Positions 55,676-63,988 of a DNA stretch of 64,000 nucleotides are shown here, in pieces. Within the stretch, counting starts at the first letter, position 1. Each line of letters opens with the position of its first letter. A program made the translations under genes and the position numbers. The stretch comes from an uncultured Actinomycetes bacterium. Lineage in GTDB: Bacteria; Actinomycetota; Thermoleophilia; Gaiellales; Gaiellaceae. The DNA is taken from NCBI GenBank assembly GCA_963819275.1, contig CAWFVH010000011.1, forward strand, positions 3,744 through 67,743, in the 5' to 3' direction. The notes below the pieces were generated by a model. The model ran no database searches and was not told where the DNA came from. It saw nothing but the letters and a program-made list of their open reading frames with translations.

Positions 55676-56125
55676 GTGGCGAGAGAACTCACCATCGGCG
55701 AGCTCTCCGAGCGGAGCGGCGTCTCCCAGTCGGCTCTTCGTTTCTACGAGCGAGAAGGGCTCATCTCCGCCCGGCGCACGGACGGCAACCAGCGGCGCTA
55801 CGCGAGCGTCACGCTGCGGCGCGTCGCCCTCGTGCAGGCCGGGAAGGCGGCCGGTGTTCCGCTCGAGCGCATCCGGGTGGCCCTCGACGAGCTGCCCGCC
55901 GGCCGGACTCCGACGAAGCGCGACTGGGAGCGTCTCTCGCGGAGCTGGCGGCGCGAGCTCGACGAGCGCATCGCGACGCTCGAAGGGATCCGCGGTCGCC
56001 TGACGACGTGCATCGGCTGCGGCTGCCTCTCACTGCGGACGTGTGCCTTGCTCAATCCGGGTGACGAAGCGGGTTCGCTCGGCGGCGGAGCGCACTATCT
56101 CCGTAAAGTCTCCCCCCGTGGATGA
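55676..56125 (+). CDS. soxR: redox-sensitive transcriptional activator SoxR (MerR family)
   Basis: 149 aa. MerR HTH (LTIGELSERSGVSQSALRFYEREGLI) and the C-terminal 2Fe-2S motif CIGCGCLSLRTC. Confidence 0.9.
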   Translation: MARELTIGELSERSGVSQSALRFYEREGLISARRTDGNQRRYASVTLRRVALVQAGKAAGVPLERIRVALDELPAGRTPTKRDWERLSRSWRRELDERIATLEGIRGRLTTCIGCGCLSLRTCALLNPGDEAGSLGGGAHYLRKVSPRG

Positions 56126-57452
56126 GGCCTGGCGCGCCGAGCTGGCGGAGTTGATTGCGATCCCGAGCGTGAGCGCCGACCCGGCCCACCGGGAGGACGT
56201 GAAGCGCGCGGGCGAGTGGGTGTGCGAGCTCATCCGCCGCATCGGTGGGACGGCCGAGCTGACGCCGTTCGGCGAGCGCGAGCTCGTCCTGGGCGAGATC
56301 CCCGCGTCGAACGGCGCCGGCGATGCGCCGACCGTGCTCGTCTACAACCACTTCGACGTCCAGCCGCCCGCGCCGCTCGAGCTCTGGAAGTCGGACCCGT
56401 TCGAGCTCGAGGTTCGCGGCGAGTGGGCGTACGGGCGTGGCGTCGCCGACGACAAGGGACAGCTCTGGCTCGTCCTCAAAGCCGCACAGCGACTCGTCGA
56501 GGCGGGCGCGCTGCCGGTCAACCTCCGCATCGCGTTCGACGGCGAGGAGGAGGTCGGCGGCCACACGATCGCCGACTGGGTCGCGCAGGACGAGCGAGGC
56601 GCGGATGCCTGCGTGATCTTCGACGGCGGAATGCTGCGCCGCGACGTCCCGACCATCGAGCTCGCCACCCGCGGCCTCGTCGGCGTCGACGTCAAGGTGC
56701 GGACCGGCGATCGCGACCTTCACTCCGGGATGTACGGCGGCGTCGCGCTGAATGCCATCCACGTGCTCATGCGCTGTCTCGACGCCGTGCTCGCCGGGCC
56801 GGACGGCCGTCTGCCCGAGCCGTTGCGCGCGGGGATCGCGGCACCGACCGCGGAGGAGCTCGACGCGTGGTCGAAGCTGCCGTCCGGCGCCGAGGCCATC
56901 TCCGACGCAGGCGCAAAGCCGCTCGACGGGAACGCGGCGGAGGAGTTTTACGTCCGGACGTGGGCGGAGCCGTCGACGGACGTGAACGGGATGATCGGTG
57001 GCAAGCCGGGTGTTCGCAACACGACCCTCAGCGTCGAGGCGTCCGCTGAGTTCTCGATTCGCCTCGCGCCCGGGCAGGATGCCGAGACTGTCGGCGACGC
57101 AGCGGCGGCCCTTCTGGTTGCCGCCGCTCCAAAGGGAGCAGAGCTCGAGATCGTCGTGAACGGCTCGAACCCCGGGCTCGTTCGGGCCGACGCGCCTGCC
57201 GTGCAACTGGCGCTCGACGCATTCGAGCAGGCGCTCGGCAAGCGCCCGCTCCTGACCCGCGTCGGCGGCTCCATCCCGCTGATGCCGGCGCTGACCGAGA
57301 AGGGGATCGACACGATCCTCAGCGGCTTCGCGTTGCCGGAGTCGAACATCCACTCACCGAACGAGCGCTTCTTCGTCCCGTACTTCGCGGCCGGGATCGA
57401 CACGGTCGCGGCGCTCTTCACCGCGCTCGGCCGGCTGAACCAGGCCGACTGA
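56118..57452 (+). CDS. M20 family metallopeptidase (dipeptidase/ArgE-DapE-CPG2 type)
   Basis: 444 aa from GTG 56118. Metal-ligand motifs YNHFDVQP, GVADDKG and DGEEEVGG. Confidence 0.85.
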   Translation: MDEAWRAELAELIAIPSVSADPAHREDVKRAGEWVCELIRRIGGTAELTPFGERELVLGEIPASNGAGDAPTVLVYNHFDVQPPAPLELWKSDPFELEVRGEWAYGRGVADDKGQLWLVLKAAQRLVEAGALPVNLRIAFDGEEEVGGHTIADWVAQDERGADACVIFDGGMLRRDVPTIELATRGLVGVDVKVRTGDRDLHSGMYGGVALNAIHVLMRCLDAVLAGPDGRLPEPLRAGIAAPTAEELDAWSKLPSGAEAISDAGAKPLDGNAAEEFYVRTWAEPSTDVNGMIGGKPGVRNTTLSVEASAEFSIRLAPGQDAETVGDAAAALLVAAAPKGAELEIVVNGSNPGLVRADAPAVQLALDAFEQALGKRPLLTRVGGSIPLMPALTEKGIDTILSGFALPESNIHSPNERFFVPYFAAGIDTVAALFTALGRLNQAD

Positions 57453-57485
57453 ACCAAGCCGACTGAACCAGGCCGACTGACCTAG
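57431..57485. repeat. 14-nt tandem repeat, about 3.9 copies
   Basis: ccGgCTGAACCAG / GCCGACTGAACCAA / GCCGACTGAACCAG / GCCGACTGACCTAG. Spans the M20 stop (57450-57452), fills the 29-nt spacer and includes the HxlR stop (57482-57484). Confidence 0.8.
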
Positions 57486-57841
57486 AGGTCGTGCGGGTGC
57501 GGGCGGCCGCACTCGAGCCACTCGTGGCCGAACTCGCGCATGGCGTCGATGATCGGCAGGAGCGCCTCACCCTTCGCCGTCAGCCGGTACTCGACCCGCG
57601 GCGGTGTCTCGGCGTAGCTCTGCCGCTCGAGGATCCCTTCCGCTTCGAGTGCGCGCAACCGCTCGGCGAGCGTCCTCGGGCTGATCCCCTGGCACGACCG
57701 TTCGAGCTCCGAGAACCGGCGTGGCCCTTCGGACAGGTCGTGGACGAGGAGCGCCGTCCACTTCGCACCGACGATCTCGGCCGTCGCCGCCACGGCGCAC
57801 TCGCCCGCTACGTGGACAGGGTTCATCGTCCGCATGGCCAT
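57482..57841 (-). CDS. HxlR family transcriptional regulator
   Basis: 119 aa from ATG 57839-57841. Pattern KWTALLVHDLSEGPRRFSELERSCQGISPRTLAERLRALEAEGILER. Confidence 0.85.
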   Translation of the reverse strand: MAMRTMNPVHVAGECAVAATAEIVGAKWTALLVHDLSEGPRRFSELERSCQGISPRTLAERLRALEAEGILERQSYAETPPRVEYRLTAKGEALLPIIDAMREFGHEWLECGRPHPHDL

Positions 57842-57864
57842 GCGCTCGATTGTACGCCGCGTGT

Positions 57865-57931
57865 CTAGGGCCTTTGGCGGAAAGCCGCTCGTCGTCGACG
57901 GCTCAGCCTGCTTTTCGCCAAAGGCCCCTAG
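57865..57931. repeat. CTAG-bounded palindromic intergenic element (short copy)
   Basis: CTAGGGCCTTTGGCGGAAAGCCGCTCGTCGTCGACGGCTCAGCCTGCTTTTCGCCAAAGGCCCCTAG is a long imperfect hairpin. The right arm contains the formamidase stop. Its reverse complement aligns with both ends of 41246-41416. Confidence 0.6.
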
Positions 57932-58842
57932 CTGGTGAACGGCGCCGGGCAAGCGGCGATCTTCGGGATCGAGAAGCGTGCGATCGTGCCGAAGCCCTCG
58001 CACGGCTTGCAGGCCTGCGCGACTCCCGCGTCGCACGCGACCGAGAGGAAGATGAACGCGTCCTCGATCGTGAAGCCGTGCTCGTCGACGAGCAGGAACG
58101 CCGCCTCCTGGGCCACGAGCGCGAGCGCCTCTGCGTACTCCGGCGCGGTCGCGTGCGGCAGCCAGTGGTTCGCCAACTCCGTGACGGGCCAGGTCGCCTG
58201 CTTGCCCTTGAGAACGTCGAAGCGGATGTCGACCTCGCCGGCGATCTCGACACCCGTGAAGCAGATCTCTCCGTCTCCCATTGCCGCGTGCATGTCGCCG
58301 ACCGCGAACATGCCCCCGGGCTGCCGAACGGGGAAGAAGATGCGCGCGCCGGCTCCGTGCCAGTGGTCGTCGAGGTTCCCGCCGTGCCGTCCGGCGAGCC
58401 CGTTCGAGAGCTCCTCGCCGTCCGTGGCCACGCCGACGACGCCGACCATCGGCATCGCGGGGAACGAGACGCGGTCGTTCATCTTCACCATCCCGTCGCG
58501 CACCTCGAAGAGCCGCGTCAGCGGCGACTGAACCTTGTCGATCAGCTGGCCGAAGCCGGGGATGAGCGTCGCCACGCCCCATTCGATCGGGCGCACGTCG
58601 AGGATCTCGGCCACGAGCGAGTCGCCGGGTTCGGCGCCCTTGACGGCGACCGGGCCGGTCGCGCTGTTGATCCGCGAGAGGTCGATCTCGGTCACGAGGT
58701 CGTCCTCGCTCCGGATCTGACCGGTGAAGCAGTCGTTTGTCTCGAAGGTGACGACGTCGCCGGGCTCGACCTCCAGCACCGGCTCGAGGTCCGGCCCGAA
58801 CGACCAGATCACCTCGTCGCGTGAGATCCGATGCTGCGTCAC
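57928..58842 (-). CDS. acetamidase/formamidase family protein
   Basis: 304 aa. FmdA/AmdA pattern (TGPVAVKGAEPGD...GGNLD...GDMHAAMGDGE). Confidence 0.85.
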   Translation of the reverse strand: MTQHRISRDEVIWSFGPDLEPVLEVEPGDVVTFETNDCFTGQIRSEDDLVTEIDLSRINSATGPVAVKGAEPGDSLVAEILDVRPIEWGVATLIPGFGQLIDKVQSPLTRLFEVRDGMVKMNDRVSFPAMPMVGVVGVATDGEELSNGLAGRHGGNLDDHWHGAGARIFFPVRQPGGMFAVGDMHAAMGDGEICFTGVEIAGEVDIRFDVLKGKQATWPVTELANHWLPHATAPEYAEALALVAQEAAFLLVDEHGFTIEDAFIFLSVACDAGVAQACKPCEGFGTIARFSIPKIAACPAPFTS

Positions 58843-58859
58843 GTCAGTGCTGCGTCATT

Positions 58860-60371
58860 TCAGTTCCATGGCGGTGGGTTGTGCGTCCAGCGGCCGCCGA
58901 GCATCGTCGCCACGACCTGCACCTCACGGAGCTCCTCGGGCTCGCCGGCGAACGGGTCGCGGTCGAGCACGACCAGGTCGGCGTAGCGGCCGGGAACGAG
59001 CGTCCCACGGACGCGCTCGTCGTGCGAGAGCCAGGTAGGGGCGACGCAGACGGCGTGCAGCGCCTGCTCGAGCGTCAGCCGCTGGTCCTCGCGCCAGTGG
59101 TCGAGGACGGCGGCGATCACGCCGGCCCACGGCTCGAGCTCCTCGACGGGCGCGTCGGAGCCGTTCGCGAGCAGAGCTCCGGAGTCGAGGAGCGAGCGGA
59201 ACGAGTATGTCCCGTCGAGCCGGTCGGCCCAGAAGCGCTTGGCGATCTCCTCGTCGGATGGTGCGTGCGTGAACTGGAGGGAGACGGCGATGCCGAGCTC
59301 GGCGAAGCGGCCGACGTCCTCTGGAGCGAGGCATTGCGCGTGTTCGATCCGCTGGCGCAGGCCGCGCGGCTGCCACACGTCGCGCGAGCGCTCGAAGGCG
59401 TCGAGCGCGGCCCGGTTCGCCGCGTCGCCGATTGCGTGTACGCCGACCGGCCAGCCTGCCTCGGCGCCTTCGCGCACGATCTGCTCGAGCTCTTCGCCGG
59501 TGGTGATCACGACGCCGCTGCCGTCCGTCAGCCACGCGGTCTGGGAGCCGAGCGTCCCGTCCATGAAGGTCTTGAGGTAGCCGAGACGGAGGAGGGGAGA
59601 GCCGGCACCGCTGCGCAGCCCGATCTCGCGCAGCTCCGGCAGTCGCTCAGCCGGGGTTGACTGCCAGACGCGCAGTGGGAGCGCGCCCTGTTGCTCGAGC
59701 TGCTGCCAGAGGCCGATCGCGCCGAGCCAGCCGTCCTTGTCATGGAGGGCAGTCACGCCGCGAGCAGCCGCGACCTTGACGCCCGCACGCATCGCCTCGA
59801 CGTACTCCTCGTCCGGCACCTGAACGAACCGTCCCTTGAACTGCCACGCAGCTTCCTCGTAGAGGACGCCGGTGGGCTCGCCCTGCTCGTCGCGGACGAC
59901 GACGCCGCCGTCGACCTCGAGGTCGCCGCCGGCGAGCGAGAGTGCGGCCGAGTTGAGCCAGAGCGCGTGGTAGTCCTTCGAGATCAGCATCGCCGGGCGG
60001 TCGCTCACGACCTCGTCGAGGGCCTGTCGGGTCGGCGGCCCGTCGGGCCAGTCGGCGTCGCGCCAGCCCTGCCCGCGCAACCAGCTTCCCCTTGCCGGCG
60101 CGGCGTGTACGCGGTCGAGCGCCTCGGCGAGCGATGTGCAGCCGTGCAGGCCGACGTCGTTCCGCGACAGCGCCCACGTGGGGAAGTGGACGTGCGAGTC
60201 GGTGAAACCGGGCAGAACGCAGCGCCCGCCGAGGTCGACCGAGTCGGTGGTCGGCAGCGAGGTCTCGTGCACGCCGACGCCGCCGGCGATCCGCTCGCCC
60301 GCGATCCAGAGCGAGGACACGGCCGGGAGCGAAGGGTCGAGCGTGCGGATGACGCCGTTTTCCAGGATCAT
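58860..60371 (-). CDS. amidohydrolase family protein (Amidohydro_3 / YtcJ-like)
   Basis: 503 aa from ATG 60369-60371. Motifs PGFTDSHVHF, HAIGD and NGSDAP. Confidence 0.85.
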   Translation of the reverse strand: MILENGVIRTLDPSLPAVSSLWIAGERIAGGVGVHETSLPTTDSVDLGGRCVLPGFTDSHVHFPTWALSRNDVGLHGCTSLAEALDRVHAAPARGSWLRGQGWRDADWPDGPPTRQALDEVVSDRPAMLISKDYHALWLNSAALSLAGGDLEVDGGVVVRDEQGEPTGVLYEEAAWQFKGRFVQVPDEEYVEAMRAGVKVAAARGVTALHDKDGWLGAIGLWQQLEQQGALPLRVWQSTPAERLPELREIGLRSGAGSPLLRLGYLKTFMDGTLGSQTAWLTDGSGVVITTGEELEQIVREGAEAGWPVGVHAIGDAANRAALDAFERSRDVWQPRGLRQRIEHAQCLAPEDVGRFAELGIAVSLQFTHAPSDEEIAKRFWADRLDGTYSFRSLLDSGALLANGSDAPVEELEPWAGVIAAVLDHWREDQRLTLEQALHAVCVAPTWLSHDERVRGTLVPGRYADLVVLDRDPFAGEPEELREVQVVATMLGGRWTHNPPPWN

Positions 60372-60403
60372 GTTCGTGAGGTAATCACGAGAAGGGGGCT
60401 CCG

Positions 60404-61201
60404 TTGTCGAAGAAGTTGATTCTTGCTTGCGCCGTGGTGGCCGCGCTCGTCTCCGCCGGCTCGGCATACGCGATCACGAACGGCCAGCACGATGGAAACG
60501 CACATCCGAACGTCGGCGCGATGATGGCGTTCGACGACCCGTCGCAGCCGAACACGCTCCAGGAGGTGTGCAGCGGCACGCTCGTGGCGCCCACGGTCTT
60601 CCTCACCGCGGCGCATTGCACCGACTTCCTGCTGAACGACCTCCACACGACCACCGTGTTCGTCACGTTCAACACGAACAGCGCGGTTGGGCCGGATATT
60701 CAGGGCACGATGGTTCAGGACCCGCTGTACAACCCGAAGCCCGCCCAGAACGGGAACGACATCGCCGTGATCCTGCTCGCGAGCGCTCCGCAGGGGATCA
60801 CACCGGCGACGCTCCCGCCGGTGGGGTTGTTCGACTCGATGAAGGCCAACAAGACGCTCACGCAGTCATCGGCCTTCACCGCGGTCGGGTACGGCGACGG
60901 CGACCGGCAGGTTGGTGACGGCCAGCCGAGCTTCGCCTTCGACGGCTTCCGCGGCAACGCCACCTCGTTCTTCAACGCTCTGACGGGGAGCTGGCTGCGC
61001 CTGACGCAGAACGCATCGGTTGGTGCGGGTGGCACCTGCTTCGGCGACTCGGGCGGGCCGAACTTCCTCGGCACGTCGAACGTGATCGCGGCGACGACGA
61101 TCTCGGGGGATACCGCGTGCAGGTCGACCAACGTCGACCTTCGCATGGACACACAAAGCGCACAGGACTTCCTCGCGCAGTTCGGCGTCCCGCGCGGCTG
61201 A
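60404..61201 (+). CDS. secreted trypsin-like serine protease (S1 family)
   Basis: 265 aa from TTG 60404 (GAAGGGGG upstream). Signal peptide (VSAGSAYA) and catalytic triad motifs TAAHC, DIAVI and GDSGGP. Confidence 0.85.
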   Translation: MSKKLILACAVVAALVSAGSAYAITNGQHDGNAHPNVGAMMAFDDPSQPNTLQEVCSGTLVAPTVFLTAAHCTDFLLNDLHTTTVFVTFNTNSAVGPDIQGTMVQDPLYNPKPAQNGNDIAVILLASAPQGITPATLPPVGLFDSMKANKTLTQSSAFTAVGYGDGDRQVGDGQPSFAFDGFRGNATSFFNALTGSWLRLTQNASVGAGGTCFGDSGGPNFLGTSNVIAATTISGDTACRSTNVDLRMDTQSAQDFLAQFGVPRG

Positions 61202-61209
61202 CCGATCTC

Positions 61210-61235
61210 GGGGCGCCTGCTCAGGCAGGCGCCCC
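61210..61235 (+). terminator. 11-bp perfect stem-loop after the protease gene
   Basis: GGGGCGCCTGC-tcag-GCAGGCGCCCC lies 9 nt after TGA 61199-61201. Confidence 0.55.
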
Positions 61236-61258
61236 GTCCGGATACATTTCCTGCGCTC

Positions 61259-61627
61259 ATGTTCGATCACGTCGGTCCCAACGTGCGTGACTGCGAGCGC
61301 AGCCGCGCCTTCTACGAGCAGGCGCTGGCACCGCTCGGTTGGAGCGTCCTGGCGGAATGGCCGGAGCACGGCGTCGTGGGATTCGGCGACGAGGGCTGCC
61401 CGGTCTTCTGGCTCCACCAGCGAGAGCCGTACACGACGGGCGTTCACATCGCGTTCACCTGCGACGACCGCGCGACCGTCGACGCGTTCTACGCCGCCGG
61501 GCTCGCCGCCGGTGGCACGGACAACGGCGCGCCGGGCGTCCGGTGGTATCACGAGAACTACTACGGCGCCTTCGTCCTCGATCCCGACGGCAACAACATC
61601 GAAGGGGTCTGCCACAAGCCGGAATAG
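61259..61627 (+). CDS. VOC (glyoxalase) family protein
   Basis: 122 aa. MFDHVGPNV...HIAF...YYGAFVLDPDGNNIE. Confidence 0.8.
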   Translation: MFDHVGPNVRDCERSRAFYEQALAPLGWSVLAEWPEHGVVGFGDEGCPVFWLHQREPYTTGVHIAFTCDDRATVDAFYAAGLAAGGTDNGAPGVRWYHENYYGAFVLDPDGNNIEGVCHKPE

Positions 61628-61637
61628 ACTTTCGCGC

Positions 61638-62819
61638 GTGGCCTGGGACGTCCTGACCGACGAACAGCGGGAGTTGCGCGACCTCGTCCGGCAGCTCGCG
61701 CGCGAGCGGATCGCGCCACGCGCCGCCGAGATCGACGCCTCGCACGAGTTCCCATGGGACGTCGTCGAGCTGTTCCGCGAGAACGACATCTTCGGCCTCT
61801 TCTTCGCCGAGGAGTACGGCGGTCTCGGCACCGGCGCGCTGCTCTCGCTGATCGCGATCGAAGAGGTGGGGAAAGTCTGCGCGACCTCGGCCCTGATCCT
61901 CGCCGTGCAGGAGCTCGGCTCGCTGGGGCTCAAGCTCGCGGGGAACGACGAGCAGAAGGAGCGCTATCTCCCGAAGTTCGCCTCGGGCGAGTGGCTGCCG
62001 GCGTACGCGCTGACCGAGTCCGGCTCCGGCTCCGACTCGGCCGCGATGCGGACGACGGCGCGGCGCGAGGGCGACGAGTACGTCCTCGACGGCTCGAAGC
62101 GCTTCATCACGAACGCCGGCGTCGCGAGCCTGTACACCGTCTTCGCCAAGACCGACCCCGACGCGGGCCACGACGGGATCTCGGCCTTCGTCGTCGAGTC
62201 CGACACGCGCGGCTTCGCCGTCGCGCGGCTCGAGCCGAAGATGGGCATCTCGGGCTCGACCACCGGCGAGCTGACGTTCGACAATTGCCGCATCCCCGCC
62301 GCGAACCTGCTCGGCTCCGAAGGCGAGGGCTTCCGGATCGCAATGAGGATCCTCGATCGCTCGCGCCCCGGCGTTGCCGCGCAGGCGCTCGGCATCGCGC
62401 AGGGCGCGACCGACTACGCGCTCGAGTACGCGAAGACGCGCGAGACGATGGGTAAGCCGATCGGCCAGCACCAGCTGATCCAGGCCAAGCTCGCCGACAT
62501 GGAGACGGAGTGCGAGGCGGCGCGCGGTCTCCTCTACCGCTTCGGGCGCATGGTCGACGAGGGCGCCGACGATGCAGAGCTGACGAAGGCGTCGGCGATG
62601 GCGAAGCTCAAGTGCGGCGATGTCGCGATGGCGGTCACGACCGACGCGGTGCAGATCCTCGGCGGCTACGGCTACATCAGGGAGTACCCGGTAGAGCGCT
62701 TCATGCGCGACGCGAAGATCACGCAGATCTACGAGGGAACCCAGGAGATTCAGCGGCTCGTGATCGCGCGCGAGATGCTCCGCGAGTCACGCGTGTTCCT
62801 CCTCGCCGGCGTCGGCTGA
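61638..62819 (+). CDS. acyl-CoA dehydrogenase
   Basis: 393 aa from GTG 61638. ACAD motifs (ALTESGSGSDSAAM, GKPIGQHQLIQ, ILGGYGYIREYPVERFMRDAKITQIYEGTQEIQ). Confidence 0.9.
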   Translation: MAWDVLTDEQRELRDLVRQLARERIAPRAAEIDASHEFPWDVVELFRENDIFGLFFAEEYGGLGTGALLSLIAIEEVGKVCATSALILAVQELGSLGLKLAGNDEQKERYLPKFASGEWLPAYALTESGSGSDSAAMRTTARREGDEYVLDGSKRFITNAGVASLYTVFAKTDPDAGHDGISAFVVESDTRGFAVARLEPKMGISGSTTGELTFDNCRIPAANLLGSEGEGFRIAMRILDRSRPGVAAQALGIAQGATDYALEYAKTRETMGKPIGQHQLIQAKLADMETECEAARGLLYRFGRMVDEGADDAELTKASAMAKLKCGDVAMAVTTDAVQILGGYGYIREYPVERFMRDAKITQIYEGTQEIQRLVIAREMLRESRVFLLAGVG

Positions 62820-62913
62820 CCTCAGCGGCGGCGTTTGGCAACCAGGAGGCGAGAGGACGGCGCCCACGCGAGGGCTGAGGAACCTGAGGTGGTCACGCAT
62901 TGCTGCGCAGGAC

Positions 62914-62942
62914 TTGACGACGGTTTCCGCGCGTGTCATATT
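62914..62942 (+). promoter_or_regulatory. sigma-70-like promoter (TTGACG-17 nt-CATATT) of the arsR operon
   Basis: Exact 17-nt spacing. Located 32 nt upstream of ATG 62974 in an AT-rich island. Confidence 0.45.
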
Positions 62943-62949
62943 TAGCCAA

Positions 62950-62965
62950 CTAGGTAATTAACTAG
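62950..62965. promoter_or_regulatory. imperfect palindrome CTAGGTAATTAACTAG (candidate ArsR-family operator)
   Basis: 14 of 16 positions are self-complementary. It lies between the predicted -10 and the arsR ATG and is strikingly AT-rich for this genome. Confidence 0.4.
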
Positions 62966-62973
62966 TACTGCAA

Positions 62974-63309
62974 ATGAGATCCGATGATCAACTCAGCCAG
63001 ACGTTCGCCGCTCTCGCCGATCCCACCCGGCGCGCCATGCTGGCGCAGCTGGCACGCGGGGAGGCGACCGTGAACGAGCTTGCGGCACCGCACCCGATCT
63101 CGCTACCGGCCGTCTCCCGTCATCTAAAGGTGCTCGAGCGAACCGGCCTCGTCGTGAAGACACCGTCGGCGCAATGGCGGCTCTGTCGCCTCGAGCCAGC
63201 CCCGCTCGCCCAGGCCGACGCCTGGATGGCGCCGTATCGCGTGTTCTTCGAGACGCGGTTCGCCCGCCTGCAACAGCAACTCACAACCGCCCCGAAGGAG
63301 GACTCATGA
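62974..63309 (+). CDS. ArsR/SmtB family transcriptional regulator
   Basis: 111 aa. FAALADPTRRAMLAQLARGEATVNELAAPHPISLPAVSRHLKVLERTGLV. Confidence 0.9.
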   Translation: MRSDDQLSQTFAALADPTRRAMLAQLARGEATVNELAAPHPISLPAVSRHLKVLERTGLVVKTPSAQWRLCRLEPAPLAQADAWMAPYRVFFETRFARLQQQLTTAPKEDS

Positions 63310-63809
63310 CCGACGCCAGCCACGCCCACCGCGAATTCACGCTCACCTGGACGCTCGACGCTTCACCGGACGAAGTGTTCCGGGCCTGGACCGATCCGGA
63401 GCAGCTCGGCTGGTTCTATAACGACGCCCAACCCACTCCCGAGGAACCAATCGAGGTCGACCTCACGGTCGGGGGCGCCTGGCGCCAGCAGATGATCATC
63501 GACGCAGACACGAGCTATGCCACCGGTGGCATCTACCACGAGATCGTGCCTGGCGAGCGCCTCGTCTTCTCGTGGGGAGCCGAGGGGGGCTGGCCCGACC
63601 TCGATCGCGACCACCTCGACCAGAGCCCGCTCGTCACCATCGTCCTCAGCCGGGTCGGCGACCGAACCGAGATGACAACCCATCTCGTGCTGCCGGAAAG
63701 CTTCGTCGCGGCCACGCCAGCCGCATGGCTCCAGCACATCGAGACCGGCTGGCGCGACACGGTCGATCGGCTCGCGGCTGCACTCGCACCGGCGACCTCA
63801 ACAACCTGA
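63306..63809 (+). CDS. SRPBCC/AHSA1 (Aha1-like START fold) domain protein
   Basis: 167 aa from ATG 63306 (ATGA overlap, AAGGAGG upstream). Pattern DEVFRAWTDPEQL...GGIYHEIVPGERLVFSW. Confidence 0.8.
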   Translation: MTDASHAHREFTLTWTLDASPDEVFRAWTDPEQLGWFYNDAQPTPEEPIEVDLTVGGAWRQQMIIDADTSYATGGIYHEIVPGERLVFSWGAEGGWPDLDRDHLDQSPLVTIVLSRVGDRTEMTTHLVLPESFVAATPAAWLQHIETGWRDTVDRLAAALAPATSTT

Positions 63810-63858
63810 CGCGCCCCCTCTGCTGAGCGCCGGATACAAGGGGCGATGGCATGGACAC

Positions 63859-63885
63859 GCGCTCCCCGAGTTGGCCGGGGAGCGC
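63859..63885 (+). terminator. 10-bp perfect stem-loop
   Basis: GCGCTCCCCG-agttggc-CGGGGAGCGC lies about 50 nt after TGA 63807-63809. Confidence 0.45.
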
Positions 63886-63960
63886 TCGTCTGCCCGCTAT
63901 TAGGCGTTCGCGCTGCGGTACATGGTGCGAAAGCCTTTCCCGCAGAGCAACTGACTCAGT

Positions 63961-63988
63961 GGTCATTCCGGAACAGTGGCCCAGGCGA
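63961..63988. repeat. 28-nt dispersed repeat, copy B
   Basis: GGTCATTCCGGAACAgtGGCCCAGGCGA matches copy A at 48693-48720 at 26 of 28 positions. Sits at the window edge. Confidence 0.6.

Noticed and set aside
57431-57485. CRISPR array
   Set aside because: The units are 14 nt and directly tandem with no spacers. There are only about 4 copies and no cas genes in the window.
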